Both the position numbers and the translations under genes were made by a program. From positions 15,773 through 79,772 of the forward strand of contig JAEYHP010000055.1 of the NCBI GenBank assembly GCA_023409435.1: a stretch of 64,000 nt of DNA. Reading direction: 5' to 3'. The notes under the pieces were generated by a model. It saw only the letters and a list, made by a program, of their open reading frames with translations. It searched no databases and was not told the DNA's origin. Positions 47,978-57,141 of the stretch are shown piece by piece; the first letter of the stretch is position 1, and every line of letters starts with the position of its first letter. The stretch comes from Bacillota bacterium (GTDB lineage Bacteria > Bacillota > Clostridia > Christensenellales > CAG-138).

Positions 47978-48772
47978 ATGTTCAGAAAAAAGGAAACGTA
48001 CCGGGTAACAGGCGAAGACGTGATTGCATTAAAGGACGAGTATTTTCTGGACCATTATCCTTCAAAGCTTAGGTGCGAATTGCAGCATGGAAATACAGAA
48101 CGGTGGAATCTTGCCGGGCCGGAAATTGAAAATGAGATATGCAGGGACTTTTTTCGCTGTACCGTTGAACTCATGGATGCATTGGCGCAGGGACATAGTG
48201 CCGTTACGGTAATTACGAGTTTGGACTGGATGAAAGAAAAAGAGAGGGAATACGCAAAGGTCAGCCTGTCAAAGAGGCTGTTTGGCGATCCGTATAGGGT
48301 CAAATTGCCCACGCTTGTTCCGGATACGGAATTTGAAAAGCGTTTGGCGGAGCTCTATGATCAATTTCAGAAGCATGGCAGGCTGCTGCCCTGCATTTAT
48401 GGAAAGAGCGTGGCGTTGCTTTCGGATCATATCCCTAAAGAAGTATTCGCAAAGTTCTTTGGGGATATCTATGGCTGGTTTGCAGAAGAACACAACATCC
48501 GCATCTATAAAGCCCCGTTTGAAGAACTCAACGGCAGGTCAGGCCACGAGGTTTTGGAGTATGCAAATTATATGAAGCCGATGCTTGATATGGCAATCAC
48601 GTTTTATCCCACTCTTGACTTTGAATATGATCCAGAACAAATCACTTTTAATGCCATTGCGGAAACCGCAAAGAAAGTGATGAACCGTATGGGTAAGAAG
48701 CTAGGTATCGATGTTTTTGAAGATTACGGAATCATTATTTCAAGAGATAGAGCAGACAGCCATGAAACTTAA
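47978..48772 (+). CDS. hypothetical soluble protein (264 aa), island cassette 2
   Basis: ATG 47978 with RBS ggagga 7 nt upstream. The C-terminal part (FYPTLDFEYDPEQITFNAIAETAKKVMNRMGKKLGIDVFED) weakly resembles the C-terminus of cassette 1 (FYIYPTGDKDGIGVKIDPSQTSMQDILDNVRNAAKKYCISIRVED). Confidence 0.6.
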   Translation: MFRKKETYRVTGEDVIALKDEYFLDHYPSKLRCELQHGNTERWNLAGPEIENEICRDFFRCTVELMDALAQGHSAVTVITSLDWMKEKEREYAKVSLSKRLFGDPYRVKLPTLVPDTEFEKRLAELYDQFQKHGRLLPCIYGKSVALLSDHIPKEVFAKFFGDIYGWFAEEHNIRIYKAPFEELNGRSGHEVLEYANYMKPMLDMAITFYPTLDFEYDPEQITFNAIAETAKKVMNRMGKKLGIDVFEDYGIIISRDRADSHET

Positions 48773-49253
48773 TATCCTCTCCTTTGTTCGTATCGTTGGC
48801 ACAATCTTTCTTGTTCTCTATGGAGCGATTGTGGTGCCCCTGCTCTATGAAATTCTGCAAACCGGAACAACGCTTGGCGAGTTTGAGATGAACATTATGC
48901 TCCCGTTTGTGCTTGTTCTTGCTGCGGTGATTCTTCTTGTCCTTTATGTCAAGCGACAGAAAGCAAAACAGAACATTCCTCCTTTTTATGCCACGCTTAG
49001 TGTGCCTTTCAATCAAGCAATTAAATGGATTGCCTTGGCCGTTCCGGTAGTTTTACTCCCGATGCTGCTGCTGGGGCTGAACTTTCTCATCAACGGCTCC
49101 ATGGAAATGTATCCGTCGGAAGAACGGCAGGATACGGCCAGACTTGTCGGGTTTCTCCTTACTTACTTCTGGAGCGCATTGGCGGTTACCTGCCTTTGCC
49201 TTTTTCTTAAGATTTCGGCCTATATCCGCAGGCAAAAAGCGCCTGATGCATAA
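48762..49253 (+). CDS. 4-TM membrane protein (163 aa), candidate immunity-type protein
   Basis: ATG 48762 overlaps the upstream stop (48770-48772). It has 4 hydrophobic segments (IVGTIFLVLYGAIVVPLL, IMLPFVLVLAAVILLVLYV, IALAVPVVLLPMLLLGLNFLI, LVGFLLTYFWSALAVTCLCLFL). Confidence 0.6.
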   Translation: MKLNILSFVRIVGTIFLVLYGAIVVPLLYEILQTGTTLGEFEMNIMLPFVLVLAAVILLVLYVKRQKAKQNIPPFYATLSVPFNQAIKWIALAVPVVLLPMLLLGLNFLINGSMEMYPSEERQDTARLVGFLLTYFWSALAVTCLCLFLKISAYIRRQKAPDA

Positions 49254-49313
49254 ATGCTTTATGGGTCAAAAAAAAACGGAAGGCCAAAGCTTTCCGCTCT
49301 TTTGCATTATTCC

Positions 49314-50276
49314 CTACTTAATATCCCCATGCCCGTGCCGGTACATCTGGCGGTTGTCAAGCGCCCATACGCGCTCGGAAAATCCGCCCTTGGGCACGCC
49401 GGAAAGCGCGTCGAACATTTCATAGAGCCTACTATCCAGCATGTCGAGGTGCGCGAGCATCTCCGCTTCCGGGAACATCGGCCCCTTGGGGCTGCCGTAT
49501 TCCGGCACACTGTGGTGGGCAAGTATCATGTGCTGGATCAGCATGCAAAGCTCCTGCGGGATATCTAAAAGCTCGCACGCCGAGCCCACGGCGCTTACGC
49601 CCAGGCTGATGTGGCCGATCAACTGCCCCGCGGGCGTATAGCCTCCCGCAAGGCCCAGCGCGCCCGTATCCATTTCTTGCAGCTTGGCGATGTCGTGCAA
49701 GATCGCCCCCGCGTACACAAGCTCCGCGTCGATCATGGGGTAAAGCGGGGTCAGCGCCTTCGCCGCCTGCACAATGGCGAGCGTATGGTGTAACAACCCC
49801 CCGCGCGTGGCGTGATGAAGTTTTACCGCCGCGGGCGCGCGCAAAAGCTGCTCCTTGTTGGTGCGCAAAAGATACTGCACCAGCCGCCGGAGGTCGTCGT
49901 CCAAAAACGCCTCCGCCGTTTCAAACAGCTCGGAATACATCCATTCCGGGTCGAACGGCGCGCAGGGCACCAAAAGCGACATATCCACCGCGTCCGCCTG
50001 TGTGGCGGCGCGCATTTTATCTACCTTAAGCTGCTCCGCGTCTTTCCAGACGTTGATGCTGCCCTTTAGCCATATGACCTGGTCCGCGTCGAACACGCCA
50101 TGCTGCTGGGCGCTGTAATCCCACAGCTTGGCGTCCGTTTCGCCCTCGCAGTCGGCCAGCACCAGGTCAAGGTACGCACTGCCCTTGATGTTGGTCTTCA
50201 CCTGTACGCTTTTGATAATGCAATGGCCCTCGACGTTCGCGCCCTCCGCCATGCTCAAAAGCCGCATCCTGCCCAT
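49314..50276 (-). CDS. yhaM: 3'-5' exoribonuclease YhaM family (OB-fold + HD domain)
   Basis: ATG 50276. OB-fold N-terminus (CIIKSVQVKTNIKGSAYLDLVLADCEG) and HD domain (HHATRGGLLHHTL ... ILHDIAKL ... ILAHH). Confidence 0.8.
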   Translation of the reverse strand: MGRMRLLSMAEGANVEGHCIIKSVQVKTNIKGSAYLDLVLADCEGETDAKLWDYSAQQHGVFDADQVIWLKGSINVWKDAEQLKVDKMRAATQADAVDMSLLVPCAPFDPEWMYSELFETAEAFLDDDLRRLVQYLLRTNKEQLLRAPAAVKLHHATRGGLLHHTLAIVQAAKALTPLYPMIDAELVYAGAILHDIAKLQEMDTGALGLAGGYTPAGQLIGHISLGVSAVGSACELLDIPQELCMLIQHMILAHHSVPEYGSPKGPMFPEAEMLAHLDMLDSRLYEMFDALSGVPKGGFSERVWALDNRQMYRHGHGDIK

Positions 50277-50443
50277 ACTTTCTCCCCCCGCCAGTACGGC
50301 GCTGCATAAACAGCGCCGCACACATACATCTCTTTTTTACCAGTATAGCAGACGAAGGCAAAAAGGAAAACGCGAATCTTGGAAAAACCCGTAAATATGG
50401 ACTCTTTACATGAAAAAAATCCCCGTGGAATGGGAATTTGGCA

Positions 50444-50472
50444 TTGACACAATGTAAGGATTGTGTTAGATT
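50444..50472 (+). promoter_or_regulatory. sigma-A promoter upstream of rpmG-secE-nusG
   Basis: TTGACA, a 17-nt spacer, then TGtTAGATT (extended -10). Confidence 0.55.
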
Positions 50473-50570
50473 TGAAAAGGTCACCCCGAAAGGGGCTTTC
50501 TTTTGATGAGCCAAATTTGTTTGGGCGAACGGCGCGGGCACGGCCGTTTGAATTCCGGGAGGTAAGGATT

Positions 50571-50720
50571 ATGCGCGTTAAGATCACGTTGGCCTGCACC
50601 GAGTGCAAGCAGAGGAACTACAACACATTCAAAAACAAGAAAAATGATCCGGACAGGCTGGAGTTCAGCAAGTATTGCCGCTTCTGCCGCAAGCATACCG
50701 TCCACAGGGAATCCAAGTAA
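50571..50720 (+). CDS. rpmG: 50S ribosomal protein L33
   Basis: 49 aa: [49 protein letters not shown]. Confidence 0.92.
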   Translation: MRVKITLACTECKQRNYNTFKNKKNDPDRLEFSKYCRFCRKHTVHRESK

Positions 50721-50774
50721 GCCTTCATAAGCCTATAAATTGGATGAAAATAACAGCAATGGGGGATACTATCC

Positions 50775-51038
50775 ATGGCAAACGAAATAAAGCCTGCCGA
50801 TAAAAAAGCAGCCGAAAAGCATCCGGCCAAGGCGAAGAAGCCTTCTCGCTTCCATCCGTTGCGTTACCTCAAGGAGGTTGCGGGCGAAGTAAAGAAGCTC
50901 AGTTGGCCCACGTTCAAAGATCTTCTTTCCCGCACCGGCGCCGTGGTCGCGTTTGTCGCCGTCATGGCTGTGCTCATCGGCGTATTGGATCTGCTGTTCT
51001 CGCAGGGCATCAAGCTCATCGCGCTCATCGGCGCGTAA
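50775..51038 (+). CDS. secE: preprotein translocase subunit SecE
   Basis: 87 aa. Basic N-terminus, then YLKEVAGEVKKLSWPT and a single C-terminal TM. Position between rpmG and nusG. Confidence 0.88.
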   Translation: MANEIKPADKKAAEKHPAKAKKPSRFHPLRYLKEVAGEVKKLSWPTFKDLLSRTGAVVAFVAVMAVLIGVLDLLFSQGIKLIALIGA

Positions 51039-51093
51039 GCTAATCGCCGGAGCGCCGTTTGGCGCATGTTTTTGGAAAGGAGGCCGGAGTACT

Positions 51094-51612
51094 GTGGAAG
51101 AAGCCAAGTGGTATGTTGTGCATACTTATTCCGGCTACGAAAACAAGGTAAAAGAAGACCTTGAAAAGTCCGTGGAGAACATGGGCCTGCAGGAACAGAT
51201 CCTGGAGGTCAAGTATCCCACGGAGGATACCATAGAGGTCGGCAAAAACGGCAAGAAAAAGACGATGCAGCGCAAGGTCTACCCCGGCTACGTCATGGTC
51301 AAAATGATCATGAACGACAAGACGTGGTATGTCGTGCGCAACACCCGCGGCGTGACGGGCTTCGTGGGGCCGGGCAGCAAGCCCATTCCCCTTACGGATG
51401 AAGAAGTCACGGCCATGGGCGTGGAGCGCATCCCCATCGTGCTCAATATCGAGGTGGGCGAAAACGTGCGCGTCGTTTCCGGGCCTTTGGAAAAATTCAT
51501 CGGCCGCGTCGAAGCGCTGGATGCCGAGCGTCAGAAGATCAAGCTTACCGTCTCTATGTTTGGCCGCGAAACGCCCGTGGAGCTGGACTTTATTCAGGTT
51601 CAGAAGCTCTAA
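51094..51612 (+). CDS. nusG: transcription termination/antitermination factor NusG
   Basis: GTG 51094 with RBS aaaggagg 9 nt upstream. Contains KWYVVHTYSGYENKV, YPGYVMVKM and the KOW motif GENVRVVSGPLEKFIGRV. Confidence 0.9.
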   Translation: MEEAKWYVVHTYSGYENKVKEDLEKSVENMGLQEQILEVKYPTEDTIEVGKNGKKKTMQRKVYPGYVMVKMIMNDKTWYVVRNTRGVTGFVGPGSKPIPLTDEEVTAMGVERIPIVLNIEVGENVRVVSGPLEKFIGRVEALDAERQKIKLTVSMFGRETPVELDFIQVQKL

Positions 51613-51718
51613 GGCACAAAACAGGGTTCAAAAAATCCATCGGGTTTTTTGATATAAGTGGGAGGGGGCGGCACCCCGTTTACCACGAACTACAAATTTT
51701 CAGTAGGAGGAAACTGCA

Positions 51719-52144
51719 ATGGCAAAGAAGATCACAGGCTATGTGAAGCTTCAAATCCCTGCCGGCAAAGCGACGCCGGCGCCGCCGGTCGGCCCTGCGC
51801 TGGGCCAGCATGGCGTAAACATTATGGGCTTCTGCAAGGAGTTCAACGAGCGCACCGCAAAACAGGTGGGGCTTATCATCCCCATCGTCATCACCGTATA
51901 TGCGGACCGTTCCTTCACCTTCATCACCAAGACCCCTCCCGCCGCGGTCCTCATTAAGAAGGCCGTAGGCATCGAGAGCGGTTCCGGCGTTCCCAACAAG
52001 ACCAAGGTCGCCACCATCACCAAGGCGCAGGTCAGGGAAATCGCGGAGCTGAAAATGCCGGACCTCAACGCAGCAAGCGTAGAGGCCGCCATGAGCATGG
52101 TAGCCGGCACGGCGCGCAGCATGGGCGTCGTGGTGAGCGACTAA
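51719..52144 (+). CDS. rplK: 50S ribosomal protein L11
   Basis: 141 aa: [43 protein letters not shown]. Confidence 0.95.
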   Translation: MAKKITGYVKLQIPAGKATPAPPVGPALGQHGVNIMGFCKEFNERTAKQVGLIIPIVITVYADRSFTFITKTPPAAVLIKKAVGIESGSGVPNKTKVATITKAQVREIAELKMPDLNAASVEAAMSMVAGTARSMGVVVSD

Positions 52145-52160
52145 GAGGGGAGGAGAAGTT

Positions 52161-52853
52161 ATGAAGCACGGCAAGAAATATCAGGATAGCAAGAAGCTGA
52201 TCGACTCCACCCGCCAGTACGACACACGCGAGGGTTTGGACCTTTTGCTGCAGACAGCGAAAGCCAAGTTTGACGAATCCGTGGAAGTTCACGTCCGCCT
52301 GGGCGTCGACTCCCGCCATGCGGATCAGCAGGTCCGCGGCGCGGTCGTCCTGCCGCACGGCACGGGCAAGACCGTTCGCGTGCTTGTATTCGCCAAGGCC
52401 GATAAAGCGCGTGAAGCTTTGGAAGCTGGCGCGGATTTCGTGGGCGATGAGGATCTCGTCAAGAAGATCCAGACGGAAAACTGGTTCGGGTTTGACGTTT
52501 GCGTCGCCACGCCGGACATGATGGGTCTCGTCGGCCGCATCGGCCGCGTGCTCGGCCCCAAGGGCCTCATGCCTAACCCCAAGAGCGGCACCGTCACCAT
52601 GGACGTCGCGAAAGCCGTCAAGGACATCAAGGCCGGTAAGGTCGAATACCGTTTGGATAAGACCAACATCGTCCACTGCCCTGTCGGCAAGGCTTCCTTC
52701 GGCGCGGAAAAGCTCGAGGAGAACGTCAACACGCTGATGGAGGCAATCATCAAGGCTAAGCCGTCCGCCGCGAAGGGCACCTACCTCAAGAGCGTAGTGC
52801 TGTCCTCCACGATGGGCCCTGGCGTCAAGTTCAACCCCCTGCGCTTCAGCTAA
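52161..52853 (+). CDS. rplA: 50S ribosomal protein L1
   Basis: 230 aa. Contains [14 protein letters not shown] and [15 protein letters not shown]. Confidence 0.95.
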   Translation: MKHGKKYQDSKKLIDSTRQYDTREGLDLLLQTAKAKFDESVEVHVRLGVDSRHADQQVRGAVVLPHGTGKTVRVLVFAKADKAREALEAGADFVGDEDLVKKIQTENWFGFDVCVATPDMMGLVGRIGRVLGPKGLMPNPKSGTVTMDVAKAVKDIKAGKVEYRLDKTNIVHCPVGKASFGAEKLEENVNTLMEAIIKAKPSAAKGTYLKSVVLSSTMGPGVKFNPLRFS

Positions 52854-52867
52854 GTTCGTTTGAGGCG

Positions 52868-53030
52868 TTGACAAATACGCCGGAGCTGTGATATACTCCG
52901 TTCCGGTCACATACGTTTTTTCGCCATAGACAGCAGGTGCGGTAACCGCTTAATTTCCTGCCGAGGTGAGCATAAGCGTTTTTAACGCGCTCCCTTATGT
53001 CTATTGGCAAAGGGAGCGCGTTTTTTATGG
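52868..53030 (+). promoter_or_regulatory. promoter plus ribosomal protein L10 leader (autoregulatory attenuator) upstream of rplJ-rplL
   Basis: TTGACA, a 17-18 nt spacer, then TGaTATACT. The leader has agacagcaggtgcggtaaccgcttaatttcctgccgaggtg (L10-binding-site-like). The terminator hairpin is acgcgctccctt...aagggagcgcgtttttt (52985-53026). Confidence 0.65.
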
Positions 53031-53092
53031 TTGTCGTCCGGCTTTTATAAGCCGGTAAAGCAATACAGTATGGAAAAGAAGGAGGTGAAACC

Positions 53093-53617
53093 ATGGCAAA
53101 CGTTCAAATCATAGAGTTGAAGGCTGCCAAGGTCGCCGAAGTACAGGAAAAGCTCCAAAAGGCCAAGTCCGTGATCGTTTTTGATTATCGCGGCCTTACC
53201 GTGGAAGAGGTCACCGGGCTTCGAAACGAAATGCGTAAAGCGGGCATCGATTACCTGGTGCTCAAGAACGGCGTTGTGGAACGTGCAGCGAACCTTGTGG
53301 GTATCGACGCGTCCATCAACGATCTGTTGAAAGGGCCCAGCGCATTCGCAATCGCGTATGAGGATGCAGTGGCTCCCGCCAAGATCCTCAAGGATTTCGT
53401 CAAGAAGGTCAAGAAGTGCGCCATCAAAGGCGGCGTCGTGGAAGGCAAAGTGGAAAATGCGGACGTCATCAATGCGATCGCAGACCTGCCCTCCCGCGAA
53501 GTGCTCATCGCCCGTCTGCTGGGCAGCATGATGTCCCCCATATCCGGTCTCGCCATCGTGCTCGACCAGATCGCAAAGAAACAGGGCGGCGGCGCAGAAG
53601 CCCCCGCTGCGGAATAA
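53093..53617 (+). CDS. rplJ: 50S ribosomal protein L10
   Basis: 174 aa. Contains VIVFDYRGLTVEEVTGLRNEMRKAG...LVLKN. Confidence 0.93.
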   Translation: MANVQIIELKAAKVAEVQEKLQKAKSVIVFDYRGLTVEEVTGLRNEMRKAGIDYLVLKNGVVERAANLVGIDASINDLLKGPSAFAIAYEDAVAPAKILKDFVKKVKKCAIKGGVVEGKVENADVINAIADLPSREVLIARLLGSMMSPISGLAIVLDQIAKKQGGGAEAPAAE

Positions 53618-53662
53618 CAGCCGCGTAACACAAAAACTTTTAGTAGAAAAAGGAGAAGTACC

Positions 53663-54031
53663 ATGAATAAGGAGCAATTGATTGCCGATATCAAGGCGAT
53701 GTCCGTGTTGGAGCTTTCCGAGCTCGTAAAGGCGCTTGAAGAGGAGTTCGGCGTATCCGCCGCGGCTACCGCCGTTGCTGTTGCAGGCCCCGCCGCCGTT
53801 GCCGAAGTTGTGGAAGAGAAGACCGAGTTCGACGCCATTCTCAAGGAAGTCGGCCCCGAAAAGATCAAGGTCATCAAGGTTGTGCGCGAGCTGACCGGCC
53901 TTGGCCTCAAGGAAGCCAAAGACCTCGTGGACAACGCGCCCAAGCCCATCAAGGAAGCCGCGTCCAAGGAAGAGTGCGAGAAGATCGCCGCCGCGTTCAA
54001 GGAAGTTGGCGCGACTGTCGAAATCAAATAA
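53663..54031 (+). CDS. rplL: 50S ribosomal protein L7/L12
   Basis: 122 aa. Contains [22 protein letters not shown] and [23 protein letters not shown]. Confidence 0.95.
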   Translation: MNKEQLIADIKAMSVLELSELVKALEEEFGVSAAATAVAVAGPAAVAEVVEEKTEFDAILKEVGPEKIKVIKVVRELTGLGLKEAKDLVDNAPKPIKEAASKEECEKIAAAFKEVGATVEIK

Positions 54032-54044
54032 GTTTTCCAAGATC

Positions 54045-54080
54045 AAAGACCCGAACGGCATTTGTCGTTCGGGTCTTTTT
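54045..54080 (+). terminator. rho-independent terminator after rplL
   Basis: aaagacccgaacggcatttgtcgttcgggtcttttt. Confidence 0.8.
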
Positions 54081-54094
54081 AGTATCAATAACTT

Positions 54095-54292
54095 GCTTAG
54101 GGGTTCAAGGTATCGGCGCTTACAGCGCCGCGTCCTCGGCGGGAGACGCTTCGGACAAGGCTTGCGGGCTGCCGCACTAATTTTATTATTTTGGGAAACT
54201 GCGTGCCCCCGAATGGTACATTCGGAGATCTTGCATGGATGATGTGCGGCCAAAGGCTGCACAACTGATCCCCACGCTCCTTCCTTAAGAAT
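54095..54292 (+). repeat. hairpin mosaic element, C-D-E block expanded by inserted hairpins
   Basis: ggtatcggcgcttacagcgccg ... gggaaactgcgtgccccc ... ccttccttaagaa, with extra palindromes (gaatggtacattc, gtgcggccaaaggctgcac) between modules. Confidence 0.65.
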
Positions 54293-54442
54293 GTCCGTCG
54301 CCGGGGTACGGGAGCAATGTTCGCTTTTGATATGCTCATTCAAGTGGCTCCTGCCTACTGCCCGGATTTTTGTTTTACCTATTGTTGCTCACGAACAATA
54401 AAAAAGCCCGCGTTTTCGCAGGCTTTTTCTTGTATTTTTTTA

Positions 54443-54952
54443 TTAACCCGCCGGGGAAGCTGCGGCGCCGTTGGGGGAAGCGCCGGGGGAAGCAGCGGGA
54501 GAGGTATCAGGGGAAGTGCCGGGCGAGGCAGCCGTGGCGGGCAGTATCGTGCCGTCAGGCAGAATGTAAGCCATTCCGGTCGTACCGTCCGCAGCCGTAT
54601 ACTCTACGACATACGCCTGCTGTGTGCCCTGCAGGCCGTGCTTGATGCCTGAAATGGTTGCACCGGGGTATTGTGCCATCAGCGCCGCCTTGATATCCGG
54701 CACGTCGCTTTCATTCACAACGGTACCCTCCGCAAAATCGGGGATTGTCGCACCTGCTGTTCCGCCCGCGTTTCCGCCGGTCCCGTTTCCGCCCACGTCT
54801 GCGGTGGTTCCGGGGCCGCCCGGTATATCAGGGGAAACATCCGGGGTCAGGTCGGGCAGGAGGCTTGGCGTATTCGAGGGCGCAGGCGTCGGCGTACAGC
54901 CGGCCGCAGCGACGAGGAGCAGCACAAGCCCTATGCAAAAAATGCGTTTCAT
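54443..54952 (-). CDS. lipoprotein with low-complexity Pro/Thr/Gly linker and PepSY-like domain
   Basis: ATG 54952 with RBS aggagg. Lipobox LVAAAGC. The core reads DIKAALMAQYPGATISGIKHGLQGTQQAYVVEYTAADGTTGMAYILPDG. Confidence 0.6.
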   Translation of the reverse strand: MKRIFCIGLVLLLVAAAGCTPTPAPSNTPSLLPDLTPDVSPDIPGGPGTTADVGGNGTGGNAGGTAGATIPDFAEGTVVNESDVPDIKAALMAQYPGATISGIKHGLQGTQQAYVVEYTAADGTTGMAYILPDGTILPATAASPGTSPDTSPAASPGASPNGAAASPAG

Positions 54953-55151
54953 AGTTTTCCTCCTTTGATTACTGGCGCGCTTTTTGGGCACGCTGCGGGT
55001 TATCCCGCTGTTATTCGGGAATAGTATGCCCATACGCGATGAAATGTAAACTTTTTAGGTCTGCCCGGAACCGCAAGGGCATGCTCTGCGTATAAGAAAT
55101 GTACAACAGGATGCGGACATTCGGCTGCAGCACAGGAAAACAGGAGGAACC

Positions 55152-56462
55152 ATGAAAAAGAAAACAAAGTTTTTGGCGTTCGGGCTTGCAGCCATTCTGC
55201 TATTCGCGTTTGGGTGCGCGGCCCCGCAACCAATTGAAACTCCTGCACCGACAGATTCGGCGCCCGTAAGCGCGGAACCGCTGAAAGTTCCCGCGCTCAA
55301 CCCGGCGAAGCCGCTATTGACACCGGAGTATGACAACGCGGATACAAAAAAGGCGGGAAGCGGCGTGAACGAATTCACGCTTGCGCTGATGCGGAAGCTG
55401 CATAAAAAAGGGGAAAACATGGTCGTTTCCCCGTTCTCCGTCTGGCTGACGCTTGCGGCGCTTGCAAACGCCACCAGCTCAAACGCCCTGCCACAGCTTC
55501 TGGAGGCTCTGGGCGTAAGCGACCTTACGGTAGGGGAACTCAACGCTTCCGTTTCCCGTATGCTATATGAGCTGACCGGCAACGAAGGCGAAACATACAA
55601 CCCTCTTTCCATCGCGAATGCGTTGTTTGTAGACGAATCGGTCACGCTTAAGAAAGAGTTTGCGCAGCAGTTCCTGGATTATTACCGCGGTACTGCCATG
55701 AATGTGGATATGCAAAGCCCCGAGGCGATCAAAGCCATCAACGATTGGGCAAGCGAGCATACCAACGGCCTCATCACGGATATCGTCAAAGAGATCCCGG
55801 AAGATACCATCGTGGCTTTGGCGAACGCCATCTACTTCAGCGACCGCTGGGCTGTGGAGTTTGACGAAGCGCAGACAACGGATATGACGTTCCACGGAGC
55901 GGAAAAGGATGCAACCGTGCCCTTCATGCTGCGTGAAGGCGACGCGATCCCCTATTATGAGGATGAAACGCTGCAGGCTATCAACCTTTCGTTCAAAACC
56001 GGAAGCGGCATGTATATCCTGCTGCCCAAGGACGGCGACGCAGACACATTGATTGATACCATGGACGCCGAACGGTTTTTAGAGATTATTGCGGATACCA
56101 AGCCGTCCACCGGCAAGCTTCTTTTGCCCAGGTTCTCGCTGACTTCGGATTTTAAACTCAACGACGCGTTAAAAGAACTGGGCGTGCCGCTGCTGGATCC
56201 CGCCGGTCCCAGACTGACCGGGCTGGTGGAAGAAACGGACGCATTCATTAATGCTTCGCTGCATCAGGCGACGATCAGCGTGGATGAAAAGGGTACCACT
56301 GCCGCCGCCGTAACGGTGGAACTGATGCAACCGACCTCCATGCCGCTGCCCACCGAGCCGTTCAGTATGGTATGCGACAAACCCTTTGTGTTCATCCTGT
56401 ACCGGTGGACGCCCGAAGGCGGAGAGCAGGCGCTCTTTACGGGCGTGGTGAACCAGCTGTAA
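55152..56462 (+). CDS. serpin family lipoprotein (inhibitory-type hinge)
   Basis: 436 aa. Lipobox LFAFGC. Contains SPFSVWLTLAALANA and the reactive-centre-loop hinge DEKGTTAAAVTVELMQPTSMP, followed by FSMVCDKPFVFILY. Confidence 0.85.
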   Translation: MKKKTKFLAFGLAAILLFAFGCAAPQPIETPAPTDSAPVSAEPLKVPALNPAKPLLTPEYDNADTKKAGSGVNEFTLALMRKLHKKGENMVVSPFSVWLTLAALANATSSNALPQLLEALGVSDLTVGELNASVSRMLYELTGNEGETYNPLSIANALFVDESVTLKKEFAQQFLDYYRGTAMNVDMQSPEAIKAINDWASEHTNGLITDIVKEIPEDTIVALANAIYFSDRWAVEFDEAQTTDMTFHGAEKDATVPFMLREGDAIPYYEDETLQAINLSFKTGSGMYILLPKDGDADTLIDTMDAERFLEIIADTKPSTGKLLLPRFSLTSDFKLNDALKELGVPLLDPAGPRLTGLVEETDAFINASLHQATISVDEKGTTAAAVTVELMQPTSMPLPTEPFSMVCDKPFVFILYRWTPEGGEQALFTGVVNQL

Positions 56463-56625
56463 GTAAGCTTGAAAGCTTGTTTACATATCGTTCATGGCAT
56501 ATAAGCTTCCACCATTTGCAAACCCGTTGCCGTTTTGCTATGCTATATCTATCTATGTAGCAAAGGCACAACGGATGGAAGGGGGCGCGGCGGGAACGGA
56601 TGGATCCTGCTTAGCGGCAAAGGGT

Positions 56626-57141
56626 ATGGAAAAGCCAACCTTGGAAGCGCTTTACGAAGCGCACGCCAGGACCGTTTACTGGGCGGCCTACGGCGTCTCG
56701 CGCGATGCGGAGGCGGCGGCGGACGCCGTACAGAACGCGTTTTTGAGCGCGCACCGCAATATGGAAACTTTAAATACGATGACAAACGAGCAAGCCCGCG
56801 CGTGGCTGTACCGCGTGGCGGTGAACAGCTCCATTGATATGCTTCGCCGCAACCGCCGCAGCATCCCCACGGAGGATGCGGGCGTAGCGGAACCGGACAT
56901 GGGGCCGGGGCCGGAAGCGCAGGCCGAACAGAACGAAACGCGTGAGGTGGTCAAAAAAGCGTTAGACAATCTGCCCGAAAAATACCGGGAACCATTGTTC
57001 CTCTATTATTTTGCGGAATTGGATTATCACCAGATCGCGGCGCTTTTGCAAACGAGTGAAGGCACGCTCAAAAGCCGCATGTCCCGCGGACGCGATATGC
57101 TTAAAAACGAACTCAGGAAAGGAGGCGGGCTGTATGCGTAA
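56626..57141 (+). CDS. ECF-type sigma-70 family RNA polymerase sigma factor
   Basis: Region 2 (YEAHARTVYWAAYGVSRDAEAAADAVQNAFLSAH...WLYRVAVNSSIDMLRR) and region 4 (LPEKYREPLFLYYFAELDYHQIAALLQTSEGTLKSRMSRGR). The start is ambiguous (ATG 56575 or 56626; the ORF track start is 56494). Confidence 0.8.
   Translation: MEKPTLEALYEAHARTVYWAAYGVSRDAEAAADAVQNAFLSAHRNMETLNTMTNEQARAWLYRVAVNSSIDMLRRNRRSIPTEDAGVAEPDMGPGPEAQAEQNETREVVKKALDNLPEKYREPLFLYYFAELDYHQIAALLQTSEGTLKSRMSRGRDMLKNELRKGGGLYA

Noticed and set aside
45290-49310. Calling the island a bona fide type VII secretion (LXG) toxin locus or a prophage remnant.
   Set aside because: No EssC, EsxA or EssB genes, no recognisable LXG or WXG N-terminus, and no phage structural, integrase or terminase genes are in the window. 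Only the DUF4176 association points to T7SS, so it is reported as a hypothesis rather than a call.
50478-50503. Small hairpin (cacccc gaaa ggggc + ctttctttt) between the rpmG promoter and rpmG, as an attenuator.
   Set aside because: The stem is only 4-5 bp, which is too weak to call a terminator without data.
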